Virus record (IMG/VR): IMGVR_UViG_3300027362_000003
Length of the DNA: 44,549 bases
Source: a virus
Strand: one strand, 5' to 3'
Each line of letters opens with the position of its first letter. The stretch's first letter is position 1. Positions 41,982-44,549 of this stretch are shown one piece after another. Made by a program: the position numbers and the translations under genes. The notes under the pieces are model-generated. The model was not told the origin of the DNA, did no database searches, and worked only from the letters and a program-made list of their open reading frames with translations.

Positions 41982-44549
41982 TTATTTTAAATCCTCCACG
42001 CCAGTGATTAGATATTTTCCTCCACTATATAATACTGTGAAAACAACAGTAGAACCTGCTTTTGTCGTTGTTATCTTAGTTCCTCCAGGCCAATAGGTGG
42101 TTCCTGCCCAAGCAAGAGTTTGAGCATTGGTAGTAGTAATTACTATGTTAATTATTCGTCCATTAACACCACCAGAAAGTGTGATAGTATAGGTAGAAGC
42201 AGCTCCTGTTATAGAATAATCAAAGATATGATTTGTTGCCATATCTATGCTTATTGAAGTTGAAGGAGTTGCGGTTATATACCCCATGTCTACACAACTT
42301 AAAGTAGTACCATTACCTGTAACTCTCTGAGAACCTAAACAGGTAGGAATTACAGCAGTATCAGCTTGAAAGGTTACATTGGTACCATCTGATTTTAATA
42401 CCAACCCATTACTTCCCACCGTAGTAGGAACTGTCCATCCCGTTTCAGATAAGACCTTGCTGGCTCCAGCAGCTACCACCACCCTATTAGCCGTACTAAA
42501 ATTAGTAGGCTTGGTAACCAAGGCAAGTGCGGCTATACCAGAATCCACCAGAGTTTTAGATCCATTGGAGTTCATCACGTTTCCAGTAATAGCGGTAGCC
42601 CCCATAGTAGCTACGTTGGCTACAGGGATTCCAGCATCCGACAATAATCTACTTGCAGTAGAAGTTTGTATCAGGTTTCCTGCACCACCATTGGCTGACA
42701 TGGTAGGAACGTTTGCAGCAAGGATTAATGAGTCCTGAATTATCTTTCCAGTGGTACCATTAAAAGAAGCTAGATTTCCAGAGACTACCGTACCTGCTGG
42801 ACCTTGAACATCTAAAGCTCCTTGAACGGAATCTGCTTGCCAAGTAGCTACTCCTGTAGATGCCATCTTAAGGGCGTATCCAACTGTTCCGTCTGTGGTT
42901 GGAACAGTATAAGAAGTTTCAGTTAAAAGCCTATTAGCACCAGCAGCTAGAGCCACTCTATTAGCGGCAGTAAAGGTACCAGCCTTAACCACAACCGTTG
43001 AAGCTAGTACTCCAGAGTCTGCTAGTACCTTTCCATTGGCATTGTTGAACATAGCTATATCGCCCACTGTAGCAGATCCAGGTCCTGTTACATCCCCTCC
43101 TGAGGCTGTAGACCATGATGTAAGACCAGCCCCATTAGTAGTTAAAACCTGTCCCGTTGTTCCTCTATCGTTTAAAGGAAGTTGGTAATAAAGAGAGGTA
43201 GAACCTATCCTTACTCCACTTGTACTTATATCCAAAATCCTAGAAAGAGAACCTACTGTAGCACCTTGAGTAGTTCCACTCATGGCCTGAAAAGATAGAG
43301 AGTTATTACTTTTAGTTAGTATAAATTGATTACCAGAAGTAACCGAACTAAAGATAAGTCCATCTGCTGGGTTCCTATAACAATCAAAACAAAGTTCTCC
43401 TGCCCCTGCAACCTGAGCACCTATTGATAAAGCAGGGTATCCTAAAGAAGTATTGGTAAATTCTATATAGGGGGCATTTGCTAGAGTTCCACGACCAACA
43501 ATCTGTAAAGGAGCAGAACCTCTGCTTCCTGCTGTAGCATCCCCGATTTCAACTCGGTCATTAATAGCATCTACAGAAAAAGTGGTTGTATCTGCTATTA
43601 ACCCAACAACCCCTGACATATTATTTAAATTGTCAATTAATACACCAGAGTTTTGAATTACTTTTCCAGTAGCTAAATCAAATCTGGCAATAGCATTATC
43701 AGTTGAAGTTCCAGGACCATTCACATTACCTGTACCAGCAGGTCCTTGAATACCTTGGGGTCCAGTGGCTCCTGTAGCACCTGTAGCTCCAGTATCTCCT
43801 TTAACACCTTGGGCTCCAGTGAGTCCTGTAGGACCTATTGGTCCTTGGATACCTTGAATACCTTGGGCACCAGTAGCACCCGTAGCACCTGGAGCTCCAG
43901 TATCTCCAACAGGACCTTGGATACCAGGAATACCCTGGGCACCAGTGGCACCTGTAGCTCCAGTGGAACCTGGTAAACCTTGAATACCTTGATCCCCTTT
44001 ATCCCCTTTTATACCTTGTACACCTTGGGCTCCAGTAGCACCTGGGGCTCCAGTAGCCCCAGTGGAACCTGTATCTCCTTTAATCCCTTGAATACCTTGG
44101 GCTCCTTGCACACCCGTAGCACCAGTATCTCCTTTAGGTCCTTGAGGTCCTGTGGGTCCTGCAATACCTGGAGTACCCTGGGCTCCTGTAGGTCCAGGAG
44201 AACCAGATTGCCAGGCTATTATGGACATATAGGAAGTATCTAGAGTGGGATGGGTTAAATTATTCTTCCCCATAGCATAGAAGGTCTGCCCGATAACAGG
44301 GACATAAGAGAAAGTACAAACAGCTAATCCTCCTTGTATACTTATATTGTATATACTGCACATCTTCTGAATTCTAGGGAGGGCTTTAAAATCAGTGGTT
44401 AGATCGAAAGCAGTAGGATCTACTCCTATACCAGCATCATAATTAGTATTGTCATAAGGAGTAGCTAAAGTAACGGTGATTAAACAATTATCAGTAATGG
44501 TAAAACTGGTTCCATTAGCAGTATTGGAGTTTACTATATAACAATTCCC
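41982..44549 (-). CDS. 3' portion of the junction-spanning ~1012-aa collagen-like fibre/adhesin gene (starts at 598)
   Basis: The frame is open from 44549 down to the TAA at 41982-41984. The ATG at 44363 given in the track is internal. It has a collagen tract, tandem ~100-aa repeat modules and a C-terminal beta-rich domain. Confidence 0.85.
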   Translation of the reverse strand, partial: GNCYIVNSNTANGTSFTITDNCLITVTLATPYDNTNYDAGIGVDPTAFDLTTDFKALPRIQKMCSIYNISIQGGLAVCTFSYVPVIGQTFYAMGKNNLTHPTLDTSYMSIIAWQSGSPGPTGAQGTPGIAGPTGPQGPKGDTGATGVQGAQGIQGIKGDTGSTGATGAPGATGAQGVQGIKGDKGDQGIQGLPGSTGATGATGAQGIPGIQGPVGDTGAPGATGATGAQGIQGIQGPIGPTGLTGAQGVKGDTGATGATGATGPQGIQGPAGTGNVNGPGTSTDNAIARFDLATGKVIQNSGVLIDNLNNMSGVVGLIADTTTFSVDAINDRVEIGDATAGSRGSAPLQIVGRGTLANAPYIEFTNTSLGYPALSIGAQVAGAGELCFDCYRNPADGLIFSSVTSGNQFILTKSNNSLSFQAMSGTTQGATVGSLSRILDISTSGVRIGSTSLYYQLPLNDRGTTGQVLTTNGAGLTSWSTASGGDVTGPGSATVGDIAMFNNANGKVLADSGVLASTVVVKAGTFTAANRVALAAGANRLLTETSYTVPTTDGTVGYALKMASTGVATWQADSVQGALDVQGPAGTVVSGNLASFNGTTGKIIQDSLILAANVPTMSANGGAGNLIQTSTASRLLSDAGIPVANVATMGATAITGNVMNSNGSKTLVDSGIAALALVTKPTNFSTANRVVVAAGASKVLSETGWTVPTTVGSNGLVLKSDGTNVTFQADTAVIPTCLGSQRVTGNGTTLSCVDMGYITATPSTSISIDMATNHIFDYSITGAASTYTITLSGGVNGRIINIVITTTNAQTLAWAGTTYWPGGTKITTTKAGSTVVFTVLYSGGKYLITGVEDLK
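43728..44207 (-). repeat. Collagen-like G-X-Y coding repeat tract (about 53 triplets, Thr/Ala/Gln-rich)
   Basis: The translated tract is [31 protein letters not shown]...[12 protein letters not shown]. Confidence 0.9.
44423..44549. repeat. Terminal direct repeat, copy 2 (identical to 1..127)
   Basis: Established by direct comparison with the window start. Confidence 0.95.

Noticed and set aside
1-44549. Search by eye for tRNA, rRNA, integrase or recombinase, transposase, reverse transcriptase (DGR or retron) and phage RNA polymerase.
   Set aside because: I found no cloverleaf-like sequence in the intergenic regions and no ORF with the corresponding catalytic motifs. Absence should be confirmed with tRNAscan-SE or Infernal and with profile searches.

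Overview
The window is a complete, circularly closed genome of about 44.4 kb from an AT-rich tailed dsDNA phage. Bases 1-127 are identical to 44423-44549, and one open reading frame runs straight through that junction. Two gene arms diverge from about 25.7 kb. The plus-strand arm (about 26.0-35.0 kb) is a replication and recombination module: zinc-ribbon protein, SF3 D5/P4-type helicase, small PD-(D/E)XK nuclease, family A DNA polymerase, Cas4-like exonuclease and SNF2 helicase. The minus-strand arm carries, in transcription order: (a) a five-gene ubiquitin-like conjugation cassette at 25630->22281, closed by its own intrinsic terminator; (b) small membrane, lipoprotein and RHH genes; (c) a packaging and structural module whose gene order and sizes mirror T7-like podoviruses (large terminase, portal, scaffold, major capsid, tail tubular A and B, internal virion proteins, tail fibre), with no phage RNA polymerase; (d) across the junction, a block of large fibre or adhesin-like proteins (collagen-like, FG-GAP propeller, glycine-rich lectin-like); and (e) a putative lysis cassette. 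Shine-Dalgarno sites are strong and there are near-consensus sigma70 promoters. I recognised no tRNA, rRNA, CRISPR array, integrase or transposase. The most interesting element is the phage-borne cassette of a beta-grasp Ubl ending in GG-I, a 53-aa ORF, a UBC/E2-like protein, a JAMM/JAB peptidase and a ThiF/E1-like enzyme. It has the same order as bacterial BilABCD antiviral operons but sits on a lytic-looking phage genome. All functional calls come from motif reading by eye, with no database search run.
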